A stretch of 64,000 bases of DNA from a virus: the IMG/VR virus record IMGVR_UViG_3300042987_004038, positions 32,831 to 96,830 of that record; one strand, 5' to 3'. Position 1 is the stretch's first letter, and each line of letters opens with the position of its first letter. The notes under the pieces are model-generated. The model made no database searches. It had not been told where the DNA came from and saw only the letters and a list, made by a program, of their open reading frames with translations. The translations under genes were made by a program, and so were the position numbers. Below are positions 29,655-39,544 of the stretch, piece by piece.

Positions 29655-32600
29655 TGCCAAGACTTCGAACAAAGCCACCCGTCTTTAGGTCAAAAAAAAC
29701 GCAAACAGTTACAAATTCTGTCAAAAGAGACATCTCAAACGTATCTCTGCAGGGAAGAGATACGTCTAATGAGAATTTTTTTCTTGATTCATATAAGACT
29801 GGTTTTAAATCAACTCAGCAGCTAGCACTCGACTTTTCACAATTCAAAAATCACACGTTTTTTTCTCCAGCAAGAGCAAAAGTCGACGTTGCTCTATTTA
29901 AATCAATAAATGAATTTCCTTTTACAGGATCAATAACAGAAATTGACAAGTTTTTAGTTGGATTGACAGGTTTTGAAAGATACGTCTTTGATTCTATCCC
30001 AAGAAACACAGGGTATCTATTTTTTTCAGGGACACAAGTCGGAGAAACATCCGGAGGAACATACATAGATGTTTCTCCTATTTCGGGACATGAATTTCCA
30101 AATTCGCCTGGTGCAACAGCAGAACAAGCTCTTGTCATAAATGGAAGTCCTTTTGAAATTGAATTGCACTTATATGTGCCTGAGGTTTTTAACGACAATC
30201 AAATTGTTGTACAGCGGCTGCAAGATGAAGCCGGATATACTCTGGCTCTCTCTTCTTCTTTGTCAAGTAACGAATGCAAGATAGTCTTCCTTGTTTCTTC
30301 AGCTTCTGATTCTTACCTCGTTGCGTCTGGAACGTTAGAAAAAGGAAATTTTTCTCACGTTAGAGCGTGTCTGTTTAATACTGATAACGGGAAGCAGTCT
30401 TTTGTGTATCTAGATGATAAACTAATAAGCTCTTCATCGGATACACAAGATTTTGGATCTCTTGTATTTGATACATCTAGTCTCATAATTGGAAGTGGAT
30501 CTCGTCACACAATACTTGATTATGATTTTTTACCAAGACAAACGCTTAGTGGTGCAATCGACGAATTTAGATTTTTTTCAAAGCAGCGCGACGAGGAGAC
30601 TATAAGCAAGTTTTCAAAAAGTCAGATGTTTGCAACCGGAGGCCTTGAAGCTTATTTCAGATTTGATGAGCCTGCAGGAAACTATAGCATGAAAGACATC
30701 GTGCTAGACCACTCAGGAAGGTGTTTGCACTCTAGAATCTTAAACTACATTCCCGTTCTAAGAGTGACATCTTCTATCAGCGTTCCGCTTTATAGTCAAA
30801 ATCCATATTTTAGTCCTGTTCTTTACCCAGATTTTGTTCCATTTTCTTCAAGAATTACTGACCTTATTTCAAGTGCGTCAAGCTATGATAATGAAAATCC
30901 AAATATTGTAACAAATCTTGTGCCAATTCATTATCTTGTTGAGAGTGCAAACGCAGCAGGACTTCAGTCAGTGAGTAGCGGAATAGGTGTTTTCCCTTCG
31001 ATTGTTGATTTACCCGGAACTGGAGAGATTCCAGAAACATCTGCTCTCTTGCGTACGCTCATAATGATGTCAATACCGCTAGATGAAATCAAGCAATTTA
31101 TTGATAGCATGTCTACACTTCTCGCAGTCGAATTAGGGAATGAAGAAAAATTAAATAGTCAAATGATTAAATTTGCAGGAGACTATTTTGGAATAGATCT
31201 TCCAAACTTCTTTTCAAAATCAACTACCAATCAATTTTCATTCGGTGAAGATGTTAGTGAGACTGGATATTTTGAGTACACACTTAGAGCACTACGGGAT
31301 GATTTGTGGAGAAGAATTCTTGCAAACATGCCCTATGTTAACTCTTCTAAGGGCACAAAATCTGCTGTAAGATCAATATTTTTATCATCTGGAATAATTC
31401 CTGAGAACTTCTTTGTCATCAGAGAGTTTGGACAATCTGGAGAGACACGACTGGCCGATCTAAGGGATTACTCTGTTGAAGTCTCATCGATGCTTGATTT
31501 TTCATCTAGTCTTGGCACTCCCACCGGACAGTTTATCCCGCCGGGAGTTAGAACTAACTCTCCTAGAATTATAAGCCCGTTCTTAAGTGCCTCAAGAGTT
31601 GAGACAGGAATTCCGCGAATAACAGGAAACTTTGTCAGTAAAGACCTTTTTCCTCCTCACGGAATTTCCAATAACCCAAATGATGGACTATTAACGTCAG
31701 GATCCTTTTCAATAGAAGCATCTGTCATATTTGATAGAAAAATAAAACATGACATAACCCAAAGCATCTTTAGAATCATAACGACGGGCAGCGCTTCTCC
31801 GAATGATTTTTTGGTAGGAAATCTTTTCTATAGATCAGAAAGCCCAGAGACAGGATCTCTTGTGTTCGCTACGAGACCGACCTTTGAGCCCGGCACTGTT
31901 GCGCCAGAACCTCTTGTAATGAGCATACCTGGAATAAATCTGTTTGATGGAGAAAGATGGACTGTAGGAATTGAAAAAATAAGAGGCGATGTGATTGGAA
32001 CAACTTCGTCAAGCTACACACTTAGATGTGCAAGGCAGGTCGGAGATTATTTAGATTTCTTTTCTACCTCGTCTCTCTACTCGGACTATTCTGTTCTCCC
32101 CAATCAGTCAGTTTTTTTGAATAGATCAAGCCTCTATAATGCTTCCGGATCATATCTGATAATTGGGTCCCAAAGCATTACACCTAATACGAGATTTTTG
32201 AATGGGTACGAAAGTTATCTAGGAACAAAATTTTCAGGGAAAATTTCAGGTATCAAGTTCTTCTCATCTAAAATAGGTAACAAGTCTTTCATTGAGCATG
32301 CTAGAAATTTTGCAAGCATTGGAACCGATAATCCAGAAATTGGACTAGGATTTGATCTGGTTCAAACAGGGGCGTTTGAGCGGCTAAGAATTGACGCCTC
32401 TTGCGATCAAGCGACCACGGGAACAGATTCAATTGGCAATATTCTAATTTTCGACTTCAGTCAAAACGGACTTCATCTAAGTGGCTCTGGATTCCCACCA
32501 TCGAGATCAGTTGTCTCACCTCAAACTTTAAACATAAACAGAATTTCTCCTAGATTTGACCTTCAGCAAGTTGCAAACAAGGTCAGACCAAGAGGATTAG

Positions 32601-33127
32601 ATGTTCCTAATAAATCAGATCCGGGTTACGTAGTAACAGGTCCTGCATATGAAATATACGATGTTAATGAAATAGTTGATGACATAAGATTTGCAATTGA
32701 GCATTCAATAGTAAAGGCGCTTAACGAAGACATGATTTCTACGATTGGAGACACGCAGTACCTTGATAATTCTCTAGGTCGACCAGAATACATGTTCTCC
32801 GATTCTTATCCAGATCTTGATCATTTTTCAAATGTCTATTTCAATCGATTGACTGGAAAACTTGACATTATGAAAACATATGAAGTCTTTAGATGGGTTG
32901 ATGTCGCCTTGACCGACTTGGTTGAGTCAATACTTCCAAAAAGAACAAAATTTATGGGAATTAATTATATCATAGAATCACACTTGATAGAAAGAGCAAA
33001 ACTGAGATATAGGTCAGAAGACATGTTTATTCTCTCTCAAATTGATCCTCTTTATGAGAAAAGTGCAATTCTAAGAAAAGAAAGCCTTCTAACTACAAAC
33101 CTATCTGGAATAATAAAGAGACTATGA
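29654..33127 (+). CDS. Large baseplate/tail protein with LamG (ConA-like) domains and a gp7/gpI-like segment
   Basis: GAIDEFRFF...YFRFDE...VLDHSG (LamG), KGTKSAVRSIF (wedge motif), and a second LamG-like region. Confidence 0.65.
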   Translation: MPRLRTKPPVFRSKKTQTVTNSVKRDISNVSLQGRDTSNENFFLDSYKTGFKSTQQLALDFSQFKNHTFFSPARAKVDVALFKSINEFPFTGSITEIDKFLVGLTGFERYVFDSIPRNTGYLFFSGTQVGETSGGTYIDVSPISGHEFPNSPGATAEQALVINGSPFEIELHLYVPEVFNDNQIVVQRLQDEAGYTLALSSSLSSNECKIVFLVSSASDSYLVASGTLEKGNFSHVRACLFNTDNGKQSFVYLDDKLISSSSDTQDFGSLVFDTSSLIIGSGSRHTILDYDFLPRQTLSGAIDEFRFFSKQRDEETISKFSKSQMFATGGLEAYFRFDEPAGNYSMKDIVLDHSGRCLHSRILNYIPVLRVTSSISVPLYSQNPYFSPVLYPDFVPFSSRITDLISSASSYDNENPNIVTNLVPIHYLVESANAAGLQSVSSGIGVFPSIVDLPGTGEIPETSALLRTLIMMSIPLDEIKQFIDSMSTLLAVELGNEEKLNSQMIKFAGDYFGIDLPNFFSKSTTNQFSFGEDVSETGYFEYTLRALRDDLWRRILANMPYVNSSKGTKSAVRSIFLSSGIIPENFFVIREFGQSGETRLADLRDYSVEVSSMLDFSSSLGTPTGQFIPPGVRTNSPRIISPFLSASRVETGIPRITGNFVSKDLFPPHGISNNPNDGLLTSGSFSIEASVIFDRKIKHDITQSIFRIITTGSASPNDFLVGNLFYRSESPETGSLVFATRPTFEPGTVAPEPLVMSIPGINLFDGERWTVGIEKIRGDVIGTTSSSYTLRCARQVGDYLDFFSTSSLYSDYSVLPNQSVFLNRSSLYNASGSYLIIGSQSITPNTRFLNGYESYLGTKFSGKISGIKFFSSKIGNKSFIEHARNFASIGTDNPEIGLGFDLVQTGAFERLRIDASCDQATTGTDSIGNILIFDFSQNGLHLSGSGFPPSRSVVSPQTLNINRISPRFDLQQVANKVRPRGLDVPNKSDPGYVVTGPAYEIYDVNEIVDDIRFAIEHSIVKALNEDMISTIGDTQYLDNSLGRPEYMFSDSYPDLDHFSNVYFNRLTGKLDIMKTYEVFRWVDVALTDLVESILPKRTKFMGINYIIESHLIERAKLRYRSEDMFILSQIDPLYEKSAILRKESLLTTNLSGIIKRL

Positions 33128-33837
33128 AACCTTTTTACGATAAAGGAAAGTTTAGAACTGATCTGCCAGAACCTCAGTCTTCTTCTCCGTCTTTTTTGCC
33201 AAGAAAGAACGGTTTTGGAGTAGAGATAAGAAATGGAAGAGATCTAAAGAAGAGAAATTCAACAATGTTTATCTCTTCTGGAAAATGGACGGAAATGCAA
33301 GATGATGGGCTCATAGACCAGCAAATCACACCTGGTGTGATTGGTGAGCTAATTGACGTCCTTGACGTAGTTCCTTTCTCTGACGCTGATGAGAGAAAAA
33401 GTCCAGAATCTGTTCTAAACTCATCAGAGTTAATCAGGGGAAATTCGATTGATTTTGAAGGAGAGACAAACAAAGATGGAAGGATAACCGTCTTTAATGT
33501 GAGATCCAGAGGATACGTATCAAACGAAGAGATCCCATTCAAAACTAGGGGAATCAAAGTCGAGTCAGTGACAATCACAGGAAGAGGCTCTGGTGTTAAG
33601 AGCGATTCCTTCCTGGACGGAGGTAGTTCAACTTTAGGAATTACCAGAGAAGGATTTTACGGTGAGAAAAAAGTGGAGAAAGATCCTTTTAGTGACAGAA
33701 TTTTGTTGAGTGATTTTGGAATGCTAAGAGACACGGGAGATTTTTCTTCAGAAGAGACCTATGGAACAAATGGCTTCTCCATTTATTCATCAGAATTTGG
33801 CATTGAATCAATTGCATTCTTGGGGCTTCTTAAATGA
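33124..33837 (+). CDS. Hypothetical virion protein
   Basis: Translationally coupled ORF inside the tail block. Confidence 0.55.
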   Translation: MKPFYDKGKFRTDLPEPQSSSPSFLPRKNGFGVEIRNGRDLKKRNSTMFISSGKWTEMQDDGLIDQQITPGVIGELIDVLDVVPFSDADERKSPESVLNSSELIRGNSIDFEGETNKDGRITVFNVRSRGYVSNEEIPFKTRGIKVESVTITGRGSGVKSDSFLDGGSSTLGITREGFYGEKKVEKDPFSDRILLSDFGMLRDTGDFSSEETYGTNGFSIYSSEFGIESIAFLGLLK

Positions 33838-36638
33838 AAAGCAGAATTTTAAATGTTTCTCCGAGAGCCTATCTTAGGCAGAAAGATTCAAAAAATGTAA
33901 TCCCTGCAATAGTTAGGACAGGAAATCAAAACGAAACCGGGAAAAAAGTCTCGCCTTTCTCTGAAAACGATGGCACTATAATTTTTGACCAGAATAAGAC
34001 AGTTCTTGCGCCATACATGATACCCAAAAATATTGCTTCTCTTTCGGGATTTTTGACCGGAAGTCTTCTGATGACTGGATCTATAAATCCAGGAGCAGCA
34101 TATCTTGACAAGAAAATTACAGAAGAATCTATTTATCCTTTTAAGGAATCATATAACCTATCAGCATACAACAAAAATTTTAGTCCTGGTTTCCCTGCAG
34201 AAGTTTATCCTGATTTTTCTTCTCCTGATTCTGATAAAGCAGCCTTGTTTTTTAACATAGGAACAAATTCAAATTTTGATGTGATCAAAGTAAAAAAATC
34301 AGACACTTTAAAAGACGCTGCAGGACCATTCTTAAACCAGGGAGGTTCAGGATTTATTTACTACAATCACGAAGAGAGGACCTGGGAGGACGTTGGAAAT
34401 AGAGATCCTTCATCTGGCACACCAATTGAGTATGATCCAGTATTTCAAATTGATGAAACCCTTGCAATAGCTGTCCCTGCGGAGAATAAAATCTCATCAG
34501 GTCAAGGAAATTTTTTAAGCCAGTTTTCTAGCAGCCCATATAGCATAACATCCGAAGGAACAAATTTTGTCCCAAAATCAAAGCAGATATTAAAAACAAG
34601 GGGCTATGATAAAATAGGAGAGCCTACTTCATTTTTTGAAGCCCCCTATGCTCCAAGGTACCATGCACCAACAGGAAGCTCGATAAGTTTGTCGAGTCTT
34701 ATTTCTGATCCATTTGTTGTTGATAGAATTTCTGTTAGTATTCCTATTACACTCATACGAACACAAGATGTCCCAACACCGGTTGGTCCTGGCAGAACAG
34801 ATGATGGGTTTGGAAGAGATATTGATAATCATGTCTTCTTCGTTTACGTGCAAAATCGATCTAATGCCAGCAAGGACAGTGTCCAGGATGTATCAAGTAG
34901 CATAAGATATCTCATTGCCAAAGAATCATTTTGTTCTTTCAATAAAAATACTTTTGATCTTGTTGAACCTGATCTTAAGCCATTTCACAGTTTTGCAAGC
35001 ATAACTGAATTCCAAATGGGCTCAAACATTGCTTCGAGCAGCAAAGCACCAATCACGCTGGCGAAAGATGTTGATCTTCTAATGACATTTAGGCCTGCTA
35101 CATTTGATAGAAACTTTGGAACGGTATCAAAATTAGCAGGAAGAGTCTATCACGCTCCTGCTACGTTTGTTACGGGCAGCGTCTTTGTTCAAAATTTCTG
35201 GAGAGGTGGACAATATGCATCTGGGTCTTCTGGAGAAGTTACAATACCAAGCCCAGGATCTGGAAATTATAGAAATATCAATAGACGCCAGGATGCAGAA
35301 TCACCAACAATAGAGAGCAAATTCTGCAAACCTAGTTCGCGTGCACTCATATCTTCTTTTTGGGAACAATATTCTGAAACATTCACTTCAGGTAGTGGTC
35401 TAGGAGAAGTTACAAAAGAGATCAATACATCTTCAACAACATCAGCTACATTAAAACTTTCTCCAATTGTTCTCTTTCCGGGAGATGAGCTTGTATTTGG
35501 AATAGAGTCCGGAGCAAACTCAAATATGGTATCTCCGGGAAGAACAAATGTCGGAACAGACAAAAGCGTGCTATCGGTGACAGGGTCTCGCCTTGTGATA
35601 AGACAAGGAGATGCAAATGTTGTCCTCTATGGCACAATGATGACAAATGCAAAGGAGAGACTTCCGGTTCTTAACCAGCACCTCGGATCAGACGCAGTTC
35701 AAGAGGACATCCACGATCCGGGACCATTTGATCAATTTGACATCTACGATAAAAAAATTCTTTCTGCTTCTTACGTTGATGGAATTTTCGCCGGAAAAAT
35801 GATTGGAGGTACTAGAAAGAGAGTAGCACTTGGGTCTAAGGGAGAATCGTGGATAACTGGATCTCTACAAAGAAATATTAGACTAGTGGACAACAATACA
35901 ATTTACTATGATTCCTATCTTCCGCCCCCGCCTGCGATAGTTTCGATGTTTGCAAATGCATCTGCTGACGTAAGGCCGATTGTTAAGTTTTTAAAGAGTG
36001 CAACAAATGGATTTGCCTTTGAAAATAATAGAAATTTGGACACCTTACTAAAAAGAAAATTTACCTTTGAGAGCGAGATAACTGTAAGACATCGGTCTCT
36101 TCAAATACGCCTTGTTGATGCGACAATTCCTGCAGCAGAAGACATAGACGGAGATACATCAAGATTTGTGCTGTTCTATAATGGAATAAATCCTTCTGTG
36201 GAATACCCGTCTACAGTTACAGTATCTAAAAAATCATACAGAGGCGCAGCTTCAATTAGATACGGATTGATAAGTGCAAGATTAACGTCTCCCGCACATG
36301 TCTTCAGCAGAAACAGTTATGGACAATTCAGAGATCTAATTGAACAACCAAAGATGTCAAGGTTTGTTTCAACTGAAACCGGAAAAGACGCGATTGAACA
36401 GCCTTTTGTTATTGCTTCTTTTGTGAGCGCGTCAACTGATACTCCTGTTGAGCCAAGTAGTACGCAATGTAGCAATCTAAGTGCATTTTGTACATCATCA
36501 GTGCCCTTCTCAGATAACGGAAGAGCTAGCAACAGAGGCGCTCTACCTGACGCACAAAATATTCAATTTGGTCCAAACAACCTGATTTTTGGAAATATAA
36601 ATAGCAATCCCAGCCAGATTGCAGGCACCACAGCGTGA
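33834..36638 (+). CDS. Large hypothetical tail protein
   Basis: 934-aa ORF, beta-rich, with repeated TGS/SGS. Confidence 0.6.
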   Translation: MKSRILNVSPRAYLRQKDSKNVIPAIVRTGNQNETGKKVSPFSENDGTIIFDQNKTVLAPYMIPKNIASLSGFLTGSLLMTGSINPGAAYLDKKITEESIYPFKESYNLSAYNKNFSPGFPAEVYPDFSSPDSDKAALFFNIGTNSNFDVIKVKKSDTLKDAAGPFLNQGGSGFIYYNHEERTWEDVGNRDPSSGTPIEYDPVFQIDETLAIAVPAENKISSGQGNFLSQFSSSPYSITSEGTNFVPKSKQILKTRGYDKIGEPTSFFEAPYAPRYHAPTGSSISLSSLISDPFVVDRISVSIPITLIRTQDVPTPVGPGRTDDGFGRDIDNHVFFVYVQNRSNASKDSVQDVSSSIRYLIAKESFCSFNKNTFDLVEPDLKPFHSFASITEFQMGSNIASSSKAPITLAKDVDLLMTFRPATFDRNFGTVSKLAGRVYHAPATFVTGSVFVQNFWRGGQYASGSSGEVTIPSPGSGNYRNINRRQDAESPTIESKFCKPSSRALISSFWEQYSETFTSGSGLGEVTKEINTSSTTSATLKLSPIVLFPGDELVFGIESGANSNMVSPGRTNVGTDKSVLSVTGSRLVIRQGDANVVLYGTMMTNAKERLPVLNQHLGSDAVQEDIHDPGPFDQFDIYDKKILSASYVDGIFAGKMIGGTRKRVALGSKGESWITGSLQRNIRLVDNNTIYYDSYLPPPPAIVSMFANASADVRPIVKFLKSATNGFAFENNRNLDTLLKRKFTFESEITVRHRSLQIRLVDATIPAAEDIDGDTSRFVLFYNGINPSVEYPSTVTVSKKSYRGAASIRYGLISARLTSPAHVFSRNSYGQFRDLIEQPKMSRFVSTETGKDAIEQPFVIASFVSASTDTPVEPSSTQCSNLSAFCTSSVPFSDNGRASNRGALPDAQNIQFGPNNLIFGNINSNPSQIAGTTA

Positions 36639-36639
36639 A

Positions 36640-36646
36640 ATAGTTA
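36640..36646 (+). promoter_or_regulatory. Putative late promoter (ATAGTTA)
   Basis: Heptamer variant in the short gap before 36662. Confidence 0.4.
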
Positions 36647-36661
36647 TATTGTGAGAGAATT

Positions 36662-37597
36662 ATGGGAATCTTAGATTCAAAGAAAAGAATTATGGATGCT
36701 GTTCTAACACCTCTAGGAAGAGAGTATCTTGCAAGAGGAGGACTTAAGGTATCTTACGCAACAATCACAGACGGTCAGGCATATTATGACCCAAGCAGTG
36801 TAACTGGATCATATGATACTGCAAATGATAGAATCTATTTCGAATCTCCCTATTCTTTGCCTCATGACACTCTGGCACTGGTAACAGACGATACGGGTGA
36901 TCTCGTTCCGGCATCTGCATTTGGATACGATATTTCAACAGAGGGAACAATATACAGCGGAGGAAGTCCAGTCATTGGTCTTACATCCGGATCCAGCTTC
37001 TCTTCAGCGATTACCAGCGTAACTGATATGTTCAAGACTTCTCTTGGCTACAATATGATAGTTGCATCTGCAGATCCGCTCGATGATACACCTGATTTTG
37101 TAATTAATCCCAATCAGGGATCTTTTTATCTTGAAAACTCTATGGCAGAAAGGCTTTCTGTCACAAGCATAAACACTGCAGATTCACTTTTTTTTGACAG
37201 AAGATTTTCTGGAAAAGACCAGTTCAAATATTTGCCACCGGTTGTTTCAAGTGGAAAAAATAAAATTCAATTGGGAAAATTCAAAAACATAAAAAGGTCA
37301 AATGATTTTACATATGAAAATCTGAAACAAGAAGTTTTTGGTACAAATTCAAAATCAGTAAAGCAGCGACTTGACATAAAAATTCAAGATACCAGCCTTG
37401 AAAATGATATGGTTGTTCAACTTTTTGAAGTTACTCCAACAGGAGTTACAAAGCTTGATGCAGTTGATTTTGGAGAAGTGTTCGATTCTACTGACAGAGA
37501 AAGGCCTCAAAAAAGAATTGTCTTTTTTGGAAAGGTCTTTCTTGATGATACTGAAACAGCTACCTACGCAAACCTTTTTACCGTGGTATTTGACTAA
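36662..37597 (+). CDS. Baseplate/tail-collar-like protein (paralog of 45195..45899)
   Basis: MGILD...IMDAVLTPLGREYLA matches MGYLD...ILDAVLTDTGRRLLA. Confidence 0.55.
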   Translation: MGILDSKKRIMDAVLTPLGREYLARGGLKVSYATITDGQAYYDPSSVTGSYDTANDRIYFESPYSLPHDTLALVTDDTGDLVPASAFGYDISTEGTIYSGGSPVIGLTSGSSFSSAITSVTDMFKTSLGYNMIVASADPLDDTPDFVINPNQGSFYLENSMAERLSVTSINTADSLFFDRRFSGKDQFKYLPPVVSSGKNKIQLGKFKNIKRSNDFTYENLKQEVFGTNSKSVKQRLDIKIQDTSLENDMVVQLFEVTPTGVTKLDAVDFGEVFDSTDRERPQKRIVFFGKVFLDDTETATYANLFTVVFD

Positions 37598-39544
37598 ATG
37601 ATAAGAGCAAAGAGATCCCAATTTCAAAAATTTGCAAAATTTGCAAATAGCTCTGAGATATACATAAAGTCTCACTCTGAGATTGATGGTATAATATCTT
37701 TTACCTACATAATTCCGGTCTCAATTGATCAAAGTTTAGTTGATCAGCTTGATGGAGACTTACAGTTCAGAATTTTTAAATCACAAAAGCGCGCGCCAGC
37801 AATTTCCATAAAAAAATCAGATATTGCAGGAACAAACATTTTCAAAAAAATTGACAAACAAAGAACAGATCAAATATCGAGTAGAAAATATGATAAAAAA
37901 TACTTTTTGAACAAATTTATTGACAGGCCGGATCTTAAGCAAAAGAGCATGATCATTGAAGCTGAAATTGATAACAGCTTTATAGACACTGATAATTTTA
38001 CAGCAGAGATTGCTGCTGTGAGGCTAGATGGTAGCTCTACAGTGGTTGATTCTGTTGAAATAAACCACAGCAGCGCACTCAGGATTTATGATATTCCCAC
38101 AGATAACTTTATCATCTCTGCAACAAGAGACGAAAGAGGGATGATAACAGTCTCTGGTGTGTCAGAAGATCCAGTTACAAAGGGTTTTATTTTTTCTTAT
38201 AGATCAGATTCTTCTTCGACTTTTAAGCCTTTAGTTTTTTCAAAAAATAATAGTTCTTTTCTTGGTGCTGGGAAAATTTCAACCGCTAGATTTGACGTTG
38301 ATGATTCAGATCAATCTTTTACCCTTAGGGCAATTCCTGTTTCAAAGTTTTTTTCTCAAAAAATTGGAAATTTTAGTGAACAACGACTAGACTTTGTAAC
38401 AAATGGGAAATTTATTCCGGCATACATTTCACTTCTTACCAATGATCGTGTAAATTTCTCATCATTTAAAATCGACGATTCAATAAGAAGGGTCTTTTTA
38501 TACAGAGAATCTCTTGTTACTGGTGAAAAATCATTTGTTTCTAGCGCAGTTCCAATCGGAAATTACATCTCCATGCAAGATATTAATAGAATCCCTCAGT
38601 ACGATTTTAGATACATTTTTGAATACCAAAATGAGCAAGGTGAGACTATAAGAAGTCCTTCTGAGATAATTGTTCCTGGATTGAAGCTTGATAGTCTTGC
38701 AAAGATATCTGCAAAAAGATCTACTGGACAAATTCTTGCTTTTGATGTTACCGTAGAGTACCAGACTTCAACAATTTATGATGAGATCATTGCAGATCTA
38801 AAATCTCTTGGTCTAGAAAGCCTATATTCTACAGATCTTGAAAAAATGACGAACAATCTAAAGCCATTGACGCGTGTGATTGTTACAAAGATATCTCAAG
38901 AAACAGGAATAGAAGAAAATATTGGAGTATTCCAACCTGGAAAAATAATACTTTCATCAAATAACGGACAAGATAGCCCGGGATACATCTATAGATTTGA
39001 AGTTGCTGTAAGGTCAACTCCTGAGGCGCTTGAAATGCTTGCTTCTGGAAAAAATGTTTTGGCAAACAATTCTTTCAATCTAGGGTCTGTGACAGATCTT
39101 GCAACAAAATTGATAGGAAATAAATACAACACGGCAAGCAGCTTTACTTCCAAGTTTTTTACAAGATCATCAATTAAAAATTCTACCATAAAGTCAGGTG
39201 ATTCTCTATCTCTTGCTGATTTAAGCTATTATGCAGGTAGAACAGGAATTTTTGCCGACGTACGGGTCGATCCTGCCAAGAAAAATCCTGGACAAATAAC
39301 AAATATTGGAAAAATTTATACAAAAAAAGGAAATTTCATCACCTGGAGCGCGGTTAATTCACAAGAAAACATTGATTATTTTATTGTTACTATAGACGGA
39401 GAAGAATTTAAATCTTTTCCAACCCCAGACGCAAAGCAGAGATTTTTTGTGGGAAATAAGAATCCAAAATTAATTAATATAGCTCCCATTATTGTCGGAG
39501 AACATCAAGGAACAGAACAGAGAACACTCACGAGGAAGCTATAA
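37598..39544 (+). CDS. Hypothetical virion protein (Ig/FN3-like beta domains possible)
   Basis: 648-aa beta-rich ORF in the tail block. Confidence 0.55.
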   Translation: MIRAKRSQFQKFAKFANSSEIYIKSHSEIDGIISFTYIIPVSIDQSLVDQLDGDLQFRIFKSQKRAPAISIKKSDIAGTNIFKKIDKQRTDQISSRKYDKKYFLNKFIDRPDLKQKSMIIEAEIDNSFIDTDNFTAEIAAVRLDGSSTVVDSVEINHSSALRIYDIPTDNFIISATRDERGMITVSGVSEDPVTKGFIFSYRSDSSSTFKPLVFSKNNSSFLGAGKISTARFDVDDSDQSFTLRAIPVSKFFSQKIGNFSEQRLDFVTNGKFIPAYISLLTNDRVNFSSFKIDDSIRRVFLYRESLVTGEKSFVSSAVPIGNYISMQDINRIPQYDFRYIFEYQNEQGETIRSPSEIIVPGLKLDSLAKISAKRSTGQILAFDVTVEYQTSTIYDEIIADLKSLGLESLYSTDLEKMTNNLKPLTRVIVTKISQETGIEENIGVFQPGKIILSSNNGQDSPGYIYRFEVAVRSTPEALEMLASGKNVLANNSFNLGSVTDLATKLIGNKYNTASSFTSKFFTRSSIKNSTIKSGDSLSLADLSYYAGRTGIFADVRVDPAKKNPGQITNIGKIYTKKGNFITWSAVNSQENIDYFIVTIDGEEFKSFPTPDAKQRFFVGNKNPKLINIAPIIVGEHQGTEQRTLTRKL